Below are positions 22,004-31,360 of a stretch of DNA of 32,000 nt, piece after piece (the first letter of the stretch is position 1; each line of letters opens with the position of its first letter). Both the position numbers and the translations under genes were made by a program. Under the pieces are notes generated by a model that had not been told where the DNA came from, did no database searches, and saw only the letters and a list, made by a program, of their open reading frames with translations. The stretch spans positions 1,290,001-1,322,000 of the forward strand of contig NC_000916.1 of assembly GCF_000008645.1 (NCBI RefSeq). The letters run 5' to 3'. The DNA is from Methanothermobacter thermautotrophicus str. Delta H (GTDB lineage Archaea; Methanobacteriota; Methanobacteria; Methanobacteriales; Methanothermobacteraceae).

Positions 22004-23233
22004 ATGGACTTCCCGGTAATTAAGTTTTTGATAGCTCTTGCAATAGGTGCGCTGGTGGGTATTGAGAGGGAGCGGCGGATCAAGAGGACAGAATTTGCAG
22101 GTATAAGGACCTTCATGCTCATATCACTTGTAGGGGCACTGTCAGCCTATCTTTCAGGAAAGTTTTTTCTGGCGTTCCCTGTGGCATTCCTTGGGATCAT
22201 CCTCCTCATAGTCGTAAGTTACACAGCAAGCACCAGGGAGGGCGGTGATATCGGGGTAACCGGGGAGGTGGCTGCCCTTGTCACATTTCTCCTGGGGGCA
22301 ATGTGTGTTGCATATGACTACCGGCTGGCGGTGATGCTCTCAATCATAGTAACGGCCATTCTGGCCCTGAAGAGGTACATACACGTTGCAGTGAGGAGGA
22401 TAAGTGAGAGGGAGATGATAGACACCATAAAGTTCCTGATAATAGCCTTCGTAATCCTCCCCCTCCTTCCTGACACCGCAACTGGCCCCTAGGGTGTCTT
22501 CAATCCCTACCAGGTCTGGCTCATGGTGGTTTTCATATCTGCAATAAGTTATGCTGGATACATAGCCATGAAAATAGCCGGACCCGAAAGGGGCCTTGGG
22601 GCTACAGGGATCATAGGGGGCCTGGTTTCAAGTACTGCAGTTGTAACTGCAATGGCAGGGAGGGTGAGGGATTCGGAGGACCTTATGGGACCAGCGGTAT
22701 TCGCGGCGGTCATTTCAAGTTCCATGATGTTCTTCAGGATACTGCTGGAGGTCTCAGTTGTTAACTCCTCACTTGTGGGTTATGTGGCCCCTCCCATGCT
22801 TGCAATGGGTGTTCTGGGTGTTATGCTTGCAGCCATGTTCATGAGGTCATCATCAGGGATCGATTCAGACATCAAGATTGAAAATCCCTTCTCTGTCAAA
22901 CCAGCCCTAATATTCGGGGCCCTATTCCTTGCAATACTCTTCATATCAAAGGCTGCCAGCGTCTATCTTGGCCGTGGTGGTGTACTTGTGGCCAGTGTGA
23001 TCTCAGGTGTTGCTGATGTTGATGCAATAACTGTGAGCATGTCAATCCTTGCAGCAGGGGGCTCCATCTCACAATCAACTGCTGCAGCCGCCATAACACT
23101 GGCGGGGGTCTCAAACACCCTGATAAAGGGGGGAATAGCCCTTGTTCTTGGAACAAAAAAATTCGGGAAAAGGGTGGGGACCCTTTTCGTTGCAATCATA
23201 ACAGCCGGGTTGCTGGCTGTTCTCTTAACATAG
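22004..23233 (+). pseudogene. MgtC/SapB N-terminal domain plus DUF4010-like membrane protein interrupted by an in-frame TAG at 22490-22492
   Basis: [26 protein letters not shown]...FAGIRTF...; ...FVILPLLPDTATGP*GVFNPYQVWLMVVFISAISYAGYIAMKIAG...; both halves are in the same frame. Confidence 0.88.
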
Positions 23234-23270
23234 ATCAGGAGACTGGTTGTTGCTGTTTTATTGACCTGGA

Positions 23271-23570
23271 TCAGGACCTTATCATGGTGAGGAGCATCTT
23301 GAAGGGTTTCACCGCCATCACGGCGTGGGGCTTTTCTGCAGGCATGATTATCATCTCACCTGCAACCAGGCGGTGCTTCTCTCCGCTTATGGTGACTTCG
23401 GCCTCACCATCAATGACCTGTACCATGGCATCGAAGGGGGCGGTGTGTTCACTGAGGCCCTGACCCCTGTCAAAGGCAAAGAGGGTAACTGTACCTGTCT
23501 CTTTGCGGATTATCTCCCTGCTGACCACCGAGTCGTCCTGGTAATCGATGAGGTTGCTGATCTTCATCAC
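23271..23570 (-). CDS. Small cupin-domain protein
   Basis: LFAFDRGQGLSEHTAPFDAMVQVIDGEAEVTISGEKHRLVAGEMIIMPAEKPHAVMAVKPFKMLLTMIRS. Confidence 0.92.
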   Translation of the reverse strand: MMKISNLIDYQDDSVVSREIIRKETGTVTLFAFDRGQGLSEHTAPFDAMVQVIDGEAEVTISGEKHRLVAGEMIIMPAEKPHAVMAVKPFKMLLTMIRS

Positions 23571-23593
23571 CTTTCCTGTGAGATCCAGTTAAA

Positions 23594-25069
23594 TCACCCC
23601 AGTATCTTCCTGATATCCTCTTCAGGGTCACCTATTGGTGTGAGGTCATAGTTATCAACCAGGAACTTCACTATGTCCTCGTTGGCCCAGCCAGGCAGGA
23701 TTGGACCGATGTACATGCCCTTGAGGTCCAGTGATAGGAGGCTCCAGAGTATGGCGGCTGCCTTCTGTTCCATCCAGCTGAGGATTATGCTGAGTGGCAG
23801 CTCATTTATATCCATCTGGAAGAGGTTGCTGAGGGCCTCAACGAGTTCAACTGCCACTATGGCATCGTTGCACTGCCCGAGGTCTATGAGCCTGGGAACC
23901 CCCTCGATGTCACCCAGGTCCATGGAGTTGAACCGGTACTTTCCACAGGCCAGTGTAAGGACAACGGTGTCCTCTGGCAGTTTTCTCACGAATTCGGTGT
24001 AGTATTTTGCCCTGGGGAGGGGGGAGTCACAGCCACCCACAAGGAAGAATCTCCTTATCTTACCATCCTCAACCAGCTCCCTGATCTTATCTGCCAGTGA
24101 AAGTATGGTTGATAACCCGAATCCTGTTGTGAGGGTCGTGGCATCCTCTTCACTGAGTGGGGGTAGTTCAAGGGCCTTATCTATGAGGGGACTGAAGTCA
24201 TAGCCCTCCAGGTGTTCAACTCCGGGCAGGGCTGCAACACCACAGGTGAACATGCGATCCCTGTAATCATCGCGGGGAAGCAGGACACAGTTAGATGTTC
24301 CAAGTATGGCAGCAGTGTAGCGTGAGAAGGTGTCCTTCTGGTCGAACCATGGGCCTCCGAGCTGGCCGGCAAGATGGGGGTACTTCCTGAGTCCAGGGTA
24401 GCCATGGGCTGGCAGGAGCTCTGAATGGGTGTAGACGTTTATGCCGGTACCCTCGGTCTGCTTCAGAAGCTCCTCGAGGGCCCTGAGGCTGTGGCCGGTT
24501 GCGATTATGGCGGGACCTTCAAGGGCCCCCACCCTAACCTCGGTGGGCTCGGGTTCCCCGTAGGTGTCAATGTGGGCCTTCTTCAGGAGCTTCATGGTCC
24601 TGATGTTCATCTCACCTGCTTCAAGGGCAAGGTCTATGAATTCCCCGGCATCGAAGTTAACGTTTGTGAGGGTTGAATAGAATCCCCTCTCAAGGAAGGC
24701 GTCCACCTCCTCATCAGTGTATCCGAGTTCCCTGGCATGGTAGAGATAGGCTGAAATTCCCTTTATTGCGAATAGAAGGTTGTCCTGGAGTCTGGCAACT
24801 GTTGGTTCCTTTCCACAGACTCCCCTGATTGTGCAGGCCCTTCCACGGACGGTCTGGGAGCACTGATAACAGAACATGTCTATATCCTCGGGTCGCACCC
24901 GTTTTATTTCACCCCGGAGGGGTTCAAACTGGTCCTTGCCCACGTTGCACACAGGGCAGAGCCAGTCATCCGGAAGTTCCTCAAAGGGTGTCCCGGGTTC
25001 TATACCTGAGCGGGGGTCACCCACCTCCGGATCATATATGTAGTCACATACCTTGCAGCGGTACTTCAT
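23594..25069 (-). CDS. hcp: Rubredoxin-hybrid cluster protein (Hcp/prismane) fusion
   Basis: N-terminal [18 protein letters not shown]...[16 protein letters not shown]; then [32 protein letters not shown]... and ...GGCDSP..., ...LACGKYRFN..., ...DLGQCNDA.... Confidence 0.92.
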   Translation of the reverse strand: MKYRCKVCDYIYDPEVGDPRSGIEPGTPFEELPDDWLCPVCNVGKDQFEPLRGEIKRVRPEDIDMFCYQCSQTVRGRACTIRGVCGKEPTVARLQDNLLFAIKGISAYLYHARELGYTDEEVDAFLERGFYSTLTNVNFDAGEFIDLALEAGEMNIRTMKLLKKAHIDTYGEPEPTEVRVGALEGPAIIATGHSLRALEELLKQTEGTGINVYTHSELLPAHGYPGLRKYPHLAGQLGGPWFDQKDTFSRYTAAILGTSNCVLLPRDDYRDRMFTCGVAALPGVEHLEGYDFSPLIDKALELPPLSEEDATTLTTGFGLSTILSLADKIRELVEDGKIRRFFLVGGCDSPLPRAKYYTEFVRKLPEDTVVLTLACGKYRFNSMDLGDIEGVPRLIDLGQCNDAIVAVELVEALSNLFQMDINELPLSIILSWMEQKAAAILWSLLSLDLKGMYIGPILPGWANEDIVKFLVDNYDLTPIGDPEEDIRKILG

Positions 25070-25190
25070 TTTCAATCACCATATTAAAAACTGGCAGTAA
25101 ATTATATATAATTTTTGTCACTATTTCAGTATAAAATGTAACAGATAGATGGGGAGGGGACTCCAGGGATATAACGAGTGAGGTGTGTTT

Positions 25191-25928
25191 ATGGATAGAG
25201 GTGTTAATGAAGCCCTGAAGATCATGGGTCTGACAGATTATCAGGCCTCAGCCTACACTGCAATGGTCACGCTGGTATCTGCCAGGGCAGTGGAGGTTGC
25301 CGAGGTCTCGGGCATTCCAAGATCAAGGGTCTATGAGGTCCTGAGGCAGCTCTCAGACAGGGGCTTCGTGGAGGTTGAGAGGGGTAAACCCATGAGGTAC
25401 CATGTGGTGCCACCCTCAGAGGTGTTCAGGAGGGAGAAGGGTAGGATCATCAAAAAACTTGATGAGGCCATGTCCAGGCTTACCGAAATCTATGAGGACA
25501 GGGTTGCCAGGGTACCGACACCTGTATGGCTCATCCATGGACAGGAGAAGATTGTGAAGAAGGAACTGGAGATAATATCCCGTTCAAGGAAGGAACTCAA
25601 GATGAGGATGGGCTTCATATTCAGGGATGAAATAAAGGCACTCCGCCCGGCCCTTGATAGAATAACCGATCGTGGAGTTGAGGTGAGGATCATGGCCAGG
25701 GATGTAATTGATGTACCCGGTGAGGTTGAGGTGAGGAGAATACCCCCTGTCAGGATGCTTGTCCGGGATTCACAGGAGATGATGTGGATATTCTCACGCT
25801 TCACACCCGATGGTGCACCCATCCCTGAAACCGCCATCGGGATATGGAACCAGTACCCTGAGATCGCAGAGAACTATGCCAGGATATTCGACACGGTATG
25901 GAAGGGGGGTGCCGGGAGGTCACCTTAA
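25191..25928 (+). CDS. TrmB-family transcriptional regulator
   Basis: NEALKIMGLTDYQASAYTAMVTLVSARAVEVAEVSGIPRSRVYEVLRQLSDRGFVEVERGKPMRYHVVPP; GTG 25185 is an alternative start. Confidence 0.9.
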   Translation: MDRGVNEALKIMGLTDYQASAYTAMVTLVSARAVEVAEVSGIPRSRVYEVLRQLSDRGFVEVERGKPMRYHVVPPSEVFRREKGRIIKKLDEAMSRLTEIYEDRVARVPTPVWLIHGQEKIVKKELEIISRSRKELKMRMGFIFRDEIKALRPALDRITDRGVEVRIMARDVIDVPGEVEVRRIPPVRMLVRDSQEMMWIFSRFTPDGAPIPETAIGIWNQYPEIAENYARIFDTVWKGGAGRSP

Positions 25929-26120
25929 GATCCTTTCAATCGCAGAGACAGGACATTTCCATTTCAATCAGCACAGAATGTACCTCATTGAAGAGGTTCA
26001 GGAGATCCCTTAAGGGTCATCATCTGAACATTACTAGGGGTTTAAAGATCCACCGGAGCAATATTTAAAAACCCTCACCTTAAAAACAATAACATTAGTT
26101 ATTCTTACCAAGGTGATGGC

Positions 26121-27938
26121 ATGAGGATACTGTTAATTCACTCTGATTACTTGAAATACGAGACAAAGAATAAAACAGGGATAGCAGAGGAAATCCCTGA
26201 AGATAAGATGCAGGGAGATTTCAGGGAGTCCCTGGTGGTTTTCACAGCAGTGGAGGCTGAAGATGAGGATAACCCTGAATCAGTAATTGAAAACGCGGTT
26301 AATGAAATAATAAAGGTTTTCAATGACGTTAAGGCAGAGAACGTCGTGATATACCCTTACGCACACCTCAGCTCCTCGCTCAGCTCCCCCAAAACAGCGG
26401 TGGAGGTCCTTGAGGGAATGGAATCAGCCCTCCGCAGCGAGGGTGTTGATGTCTCAAGGGTTCCTTTCGGGTGGTATAAGGCCTTCAAGATATCCTGCAA
26501 GGGTCACCCACTATCAGAGCTATCAAGGAGCATAAGGCCACAGCCCCCAAAGGTGGAGGAGGAGAGCGAGGAATCCGAGTGGTTCATACTCCACAGGGGA
26601 GAGACGGTTAAACCCGGAGACTTCGAGTTCAAAAACAGGGATCTTGAGAACCTGGTGAAATATGAGCTTGGCGAACTTGAATCCTCTGGTGAAGAACCAC
26701 CACACGTTAGACTCATGAGGGAGAAGGGACTTGCAGACTATGAGCCATCAGCAGACGTTGGACACCTCCGGTGGTACCCCAGGGGAAGGCTGATAAGGGA
26801 CCTTCTTGCAGACTACGTCTACATGCTTGTCACCAGTGAGGGGGCAATGCCAGTTGAGACACCCATAATGTATGACCTCGAGGACGAGGCAATCAGGGTA
26901 CATGCAGAGAAGTTCGGTGAAAGACAGTACAGGATGAAGAACAGGAAGGAACTCATGCTGAGATACGCCTGCTGTTTCGGAGCCTTCAGGATCCTTTCAG
27001 ACTCCTTCCTGACGTGGAAGAACCTGCCTGCATCCATATATGAACTCTCGACCTACAGCTTCCGGCTTGAAAAGAAGGGCGAGGTGGTTGGTCTTAAGAG
27101 GCTCAGGGGCTTTACAATGCCGGATCTCCACACGGTATGTGCTGACCTTGATCAGTCCCTTGAGGAATTCGCCAGGCAGGTCGAGATGTGCATGAGGACC
27201 GGCCAGGACCTCCAGGTGAACTATGAGGTCATATTCAGGGCCACGGCTGACTTCTATGAGGAGTACAGGGAATGGGTACATGAAGTAGCGGATAAAATCG
27301 GAAAACCAGTGCTCCTGGAGATACTCCCCTCAAGGAAGCACTACTGGATTGCCAAGATGGACTTCGCAGCCATAGACTACCTTGGAAGACCGATAGAGAA
27401 TCCAACAGTTCAGATTGACGTTGAAAGCGGTGAGAGGTTCGGGATAACCTATGTTAACAGTGATGAGGAGGAGGTAAACCCAATAATCCTCCACTGCAGT
27501 CCAACAGGCAGCATTGAGAGGGTCATATGCAGCCTTCTTGAGAAGACGGCCATTGAAATGGATGAAAAACCACCTATGCTGCCCTTGTGGCTCTCACCCA
27601 CCCAGGTACGTGTGCTTCCAATTGCAGAGCGCCACATGGAATATGCCAGTGACCTGGTATCAGAACTTATCGCAGCTGACGTAAGGGCTGACCTGGATGA
27701 CCGATCAGAGACCCTCGGAAAGAAGATAAGGAATGCGGCCCAGGACTGGGTCCCCTACGTTGTTGTTATAGGTGACAGTGAAATGGAGGGCAAACTCACG
27801 GTCAATGTGAGGGAAACAGGTGAAAAGCTTCAGATGGGCCTGGATGAACTCATAGAACGTATAAGGGCTGAAACAGAGGGCATGCCCTTCAGAAGACTGC
27901 CGCTACCGGTTAAACTATCCGAGAGGATAAACTTCTAA
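26121..27938 (+). CDS. thrS: Archaeal-type threonyl-tRNA synthetase
   Basis: [25 protein letters not shown]...; [59 protein letters not shown]; [18 protein letters not shown]. Confidence 0.97.
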
Positions 27939-28023
27939 TAATTTTTTTTAATCTGATAACTTATAACTTATCACATATACTTTATAAGTTATAAATTATA
28001 ACTTAGATCCAGCAGGTGATGAG

Positions 28024-28793
28024 ATGGGAGAGGTAATTTCAATCATAAACCAGAAGGGTGGCTGTGGAAAGACAACAACAGCCGTTAATCTATCAGCAGC
28101 ACTTTCCTCCTTGACAGGAGGGTTCTTGTAATCGACATGGACCCCCAGGGCAATGCAACCACTGGGTTCGGGATAAACAAGTCAGAACTGGAGTCAACAA
28201 TATACACGGTCCTGAGCCGAAAGGCAGCACTGTCCTCTGTGATAATGCCTGCAGAGCTCCAGGACCTCTACATAGCACCCAGTAACATATCCCTCAGCGG
28301 TGCCGAGATAGAGCTCAGCAGTGAGATAGGATACCATGCCATCCTCCAGGAGTCACTGGGGGATGTGAGGAATGACTTTGACTACATATTCATAGACGCC
28401 CCACCATCCCTGGGCATACTCACACTCAACGCCCTCGTGGCCTCTGACAGTGTCATAATACCCATACAGGCAGAGTACTATGCCCTTGAGGGCATGGCAG
28501 ACCTCCTGAAGACAATGAACCTGGTGGAAGAACGACTCCAGAGTCCCTGTCCGATAAAGGGGATACTGCTGACCCTCTACGATTCAAGGACACGACTTGC
28601 AAGGGACGTACAGAGGGAGGTTGAGAAGTTTTTCGGTGAAAGGGAGAACATCTTCAGGACAAGGATACCCAGGAACGTTCGCCTTGCAGAGGCCCCCAGC
28701 CACGGTAAGCCCTGCATAACCTATGACCCCGAAAGTACAGGTACAGAGGCCTACATGAAACTTGCAGCTGAAATACTTGAAATGGAGGGATAG
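28024..28793 (+). pseudogene. ParA/Soj/MinD-family ATPase, N-terminal frame broken by apparent 1-nt deletion near 28111-28113
   Basis: ATG 28024 reads [30 protein letters not shown] then shifts; other frame reads [20 protein letters not shown]...IDAPPSLGILTLNAL. Confidence 0.9.
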
Positions 28794-28794
28794 G

Positions 28795-29088
28795 ATGACA
28801 CAGAAGAAGGGCCTTGGAATGGGACTGGATGCACTGATCCAGTCAAGGACAAGGAAGGAACCTGAAAAAGATACCGGAAAGGATGATGATGCACGCATCC
28901 AGGAGGTCATACGGGAAGTTAAGAAGAATCCCCGGGTTACCCTTTGGTCTGCAAGATCAGCAGCTGTTTTAAGGTACCTTAAAAAGACGCAGCCAGAATT
29001 CAGCATAAGCAGGGAGGCATCTGCCCTTATAGAGCAGGCGGTGAGGAATAAGTACCCTGATATATGGGAGCTGTTTTCTGAACTTTAG
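28795..29088 (+). CDS. Small protein with ParB-like N-terminal motif (KKGLGMGLDALIQ) but no recognisable ParB/HTH domain
   Basis: MTQKKGLGMGLDALIQSRTRKEPEKDTGKDDDARIQEVIREVKKNPRVTLWSARSAAVLRYLKK...; starts one base after the parA stop. Confidence 0.8.
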   Translation: MTQKKGLGMGLDALIQSRTRKEPEKDTGKDDDARIQEVIREVKKNPRVTLWSARSAAVLRYLKKTQPEFSISREASALIEQAVRNKYPDIWELFSEL

Positions 29089-29114
29089 GCGCCCGTGGAT
29101 CGCCCATGGCTGCT

Positions 29115-30227
29115 TCACTCCCTTCTATCTTTACCCCATTCAGCCAGTGTGGACTGGAAGCCATCAAGGTATATGAATGGTTCTGCCCTATTCATCCTCA
29201 CACCCATCTTTCTGAGCCTTTCAGGTGTGAGGCGTGTCCTGCTGCGCATCTCAATTATTCTCCTGGCAGACTTGGGACCGATCCCGGGGACCCTTATGAT
29301 TTCATGGTAGGGTGCGCTCTCAAGGTCAACAGGAAAGATATCCATATCCATTGCAGCAGCATATTTCGGGTCAAGGTCCGTGTCAAGGTAGCCCCCACTG
29401 AACCTGAGTTCATCTGGACTGAAACCATAGGAACTGAGGAGGGAATCTGCCTGATAAAGCCTAAGAACCCTCATAGGATCAGCTTCATCCCTGGATTCGA
29501 GGGGAGTGCCCTCCATGGGCTGGAAGCCGCTGAAGTAAACCCTTTTAATTGAGAAACGGTCATGGATCCACCCGACTCTTTTCACTATATCCTCATCTGT
29601 TTCATCAACGGCCCCAACCATGAGCTGTGTGCTCTGACCTGAGGGTGCAAGTTCGGGGTGCCTCTTCCGTAACCTGTGTATCCACCTCATTCTCCGGAGT
29701 ATATCAACACCGTAATCCTTGGTTGATGAAAGCTCATCCAGGCCATCGGGGGTGGCTGTCTCGATGTTGATGCTCACACGGCTTGCAAGCTCCATGGCCC
29801 TCTTTATGCTATCCATGGAGGATCCCGGTATGATCTTGAGGTGTATGTAACCACCATAGCCTTCCAGACGGAGGATCCTGAGGGTTTCTATGAGACGCTC
29901 CATGGTTTCATCCGGGTCGTGGCTGACACCGGAACTTAGGAAGAGACCATCAACATATCTCCTCTCATAGTAGTCAAGGAATACCCTGGCAATTTCCTCA
30001 GGGCTGAGCTCCACCGGCATCTCGCATGAGCTGTTTATACAGTACCTGCAGTCATTGCAGCACCTGTTGGTGAGGAGCACCTTGAAGAGGGGGACCCTGC
30101 AGCCCCTGTAACTGGTGTAGTAGATGCCAGGGACAGCTGTATTTCGCTGTGATGGGTCAGCACTGTAATCACACAGGTCAAACTGGGCGCTGTCACTTAG
30201 TACCTGGACCCTTTCACCGAGACTCAT
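29115..30227 (-). CDS. Radical SAM protein with C-terminal helix-hairpin-helix, putative DNA modification/repair family
   Basis: LLTNRCCNDCRYCINSSC; ...PGIGPKSARRIIEMRSR; MSLGERVQVLSDSAQFDLC start at 30227 preferred over track start 30293. Confidence 0.87.
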   Translation of the reverse strand: MSLGERVQVLSDSAQFDLCDYSADPSQRNTAVPGIYYTSYRGCRVPLFKVLLTNRCCNDCRYCINSSCEMPVELSPEEIARVFLDYYERRYVDGLFLSSGVSHDPDETMERLIETLRILRLEGYGGYIHLKIIPGSSMDSIKRAMELASRVSINIETATPDGLDELSSTKDYGVDILRRMRWIHRLRKRHPELAPSGQSTQLMVGAVDETDEDIVKRVGWIHDRFSIKRVYFSGFQPMEGTPLESRDEADPMRVLRLYQADSLLSSYGFSPDELRFSGGYLDTDLDPKYAAAMDMDIFPVDLESAPYHEIIRVPGIGPKSARRIIEMRSRTRLTPERLRKMGVRMNRAEPFIYLDGFQSTLAEWGKDRRE

Positions 30228-30273
30228 GGAGGTATATATGTGGAGGCTTCTATTAATTATTTTACCAGTACAT

Positions 30274-30311
30274 GGACTGCCAGATTTTACCATTAGATTG
30301 GACTGCCAGAT
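30274..30311. repeat. Two exact copies of GGACTGCCAGAT, 26 nt apart
   Basis: 30274-30285 and 30300-30311, just upstream of the radical SAM gene. Confidence 0.5.
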
Positions 30312-30737
30312 GACCAGAAATTAACCATTAAATGAGTTTTAATGACAGTTGGATATATGAACATTTTAACGGCTATTTCACAATTTAAACCACCGAATCA
30401 GGCACGAAATTCGAATCAGACCTCTAAATGATCCAGATGGATTTTGCAGCCTCTTTCAGTATAATCCATTGGACCATCGCAACCAGAAAGGAGCTTAAAA
30501 TGACTTATTTTTCGAAAAAGACGATTTAGATTGTCAAAGAGGTTTAAAGGGGAAATAAAAATGACACATCCATTATCAGCATATTTGAAAAAGGATTAAA
30601 AGGTTTTAATTGAAAAAAAGAGTTTTATGATGCCTTATTTTTTGATTTGGAGGCAAAATATTTATATATGGCTTCGCAGTTATATTCCTACCATCCAGAG
30701 GGAACGATAAACGTATTTCTGGATTGGAGGCGGTACA

Positions 30738-31228
30738 ATTAAGCGATTTTTTATTACATCCCTGTTCCTCCTTCCCATGGTAGCAGCAGGTGTGGCTGCT
30801 TCCCATGATGCGGAGGATGGAAGAACTTTGTAACCGTGAAGCCGGTTAAGGTTGCTGCAGCAAAGCACACCTACAAGAAAAAGAGGGTTCATACAAAGGC
30901 CTACTACAGGAAGAAGGTCTACAAGAGGAAACACGTCAGGGCCTACAGACGCATATCCCGTGATGTGGGAGCATCTTACCACAGGGTAACTTCACAGTAC
31001 GTTGAATCGGTGGGTAGATGTTCATGCTCACTCCACACAGACTACGCTGAACACAGGGCTGCCTTCAGGAACCACTGCCCCTTCTGTGGCAGGGACGGTA
31101 CACTGAGGTATGAGAAGGGTCCCACCTGTCCAGAGGGTATGTGGGTATGCAGTCACTGTGACGCGGATTTCTGTCTTGTACATGGAAAGTCCCACACAGC
31201 AAGGGCAAGGTACCTTATCAGGTGCTGA
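30738..31228 (+). pseudogene. Secreted, very basic Cys-rich (zinc-ribbon-like) protein; signal peptide and body in different frames, start codon ATT
   Basis: Frame A from ATT 30738 after GGAGG: (I/M)KRFFITSLFLLPMVAAGVAASHDAED; body frame KNFVTVKPVKVAAAKHTYKKKRVHTKAYYRKKVYKRKH...CPFCGRDGTLRYEKGPTCPEGMWVCSHCDADFCLVHGKSH. Confidence 0.6.
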
Positions 31229-31330
31229 TGCAGTCTCTAAACTCCATCATCTTCTGTCGGCCGCAGGGTATCTTACGGGGCTGATGCATTCCATCAGCTC
31301 CGGTCATTTTTCTCTGTTTGTTACAAATAA

Positions 31331-31341
31331 TTTAAATAAAT
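31331..31341 (+). promoter_or_regulatory. TATA-like box TTTAAATAAAT upstream of cfbB/cobB
   Basis: About 25 nt before ATG 31361; no SD between it and the ATG. Confidence 0.45.
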
Positions 31342-31360
31342 TGAGCGCTGACCATCATAC

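Noticed and set aside
22490-22492. TAG read as pyrrolysine
   Set aside because: The position is a family-typical tryptophan and this lineage is not known to encode the Pyl system; simple TGG to TAG change or error is more likely.
28105-28125. Programmed ribosomal frameshift in the ParA-like gene
   Set aside because: No slippery heptamer or obvious downstream structure, and similar one-base losses occur in unrelated genes in the window.
30606-30806. 66- and 100-aa minus-strand ORFs in the AT-rich intergenic region
   Set aside because: No recognisable motif and they overlap the signal peptide/leader of the secreted Cys-rich protein.
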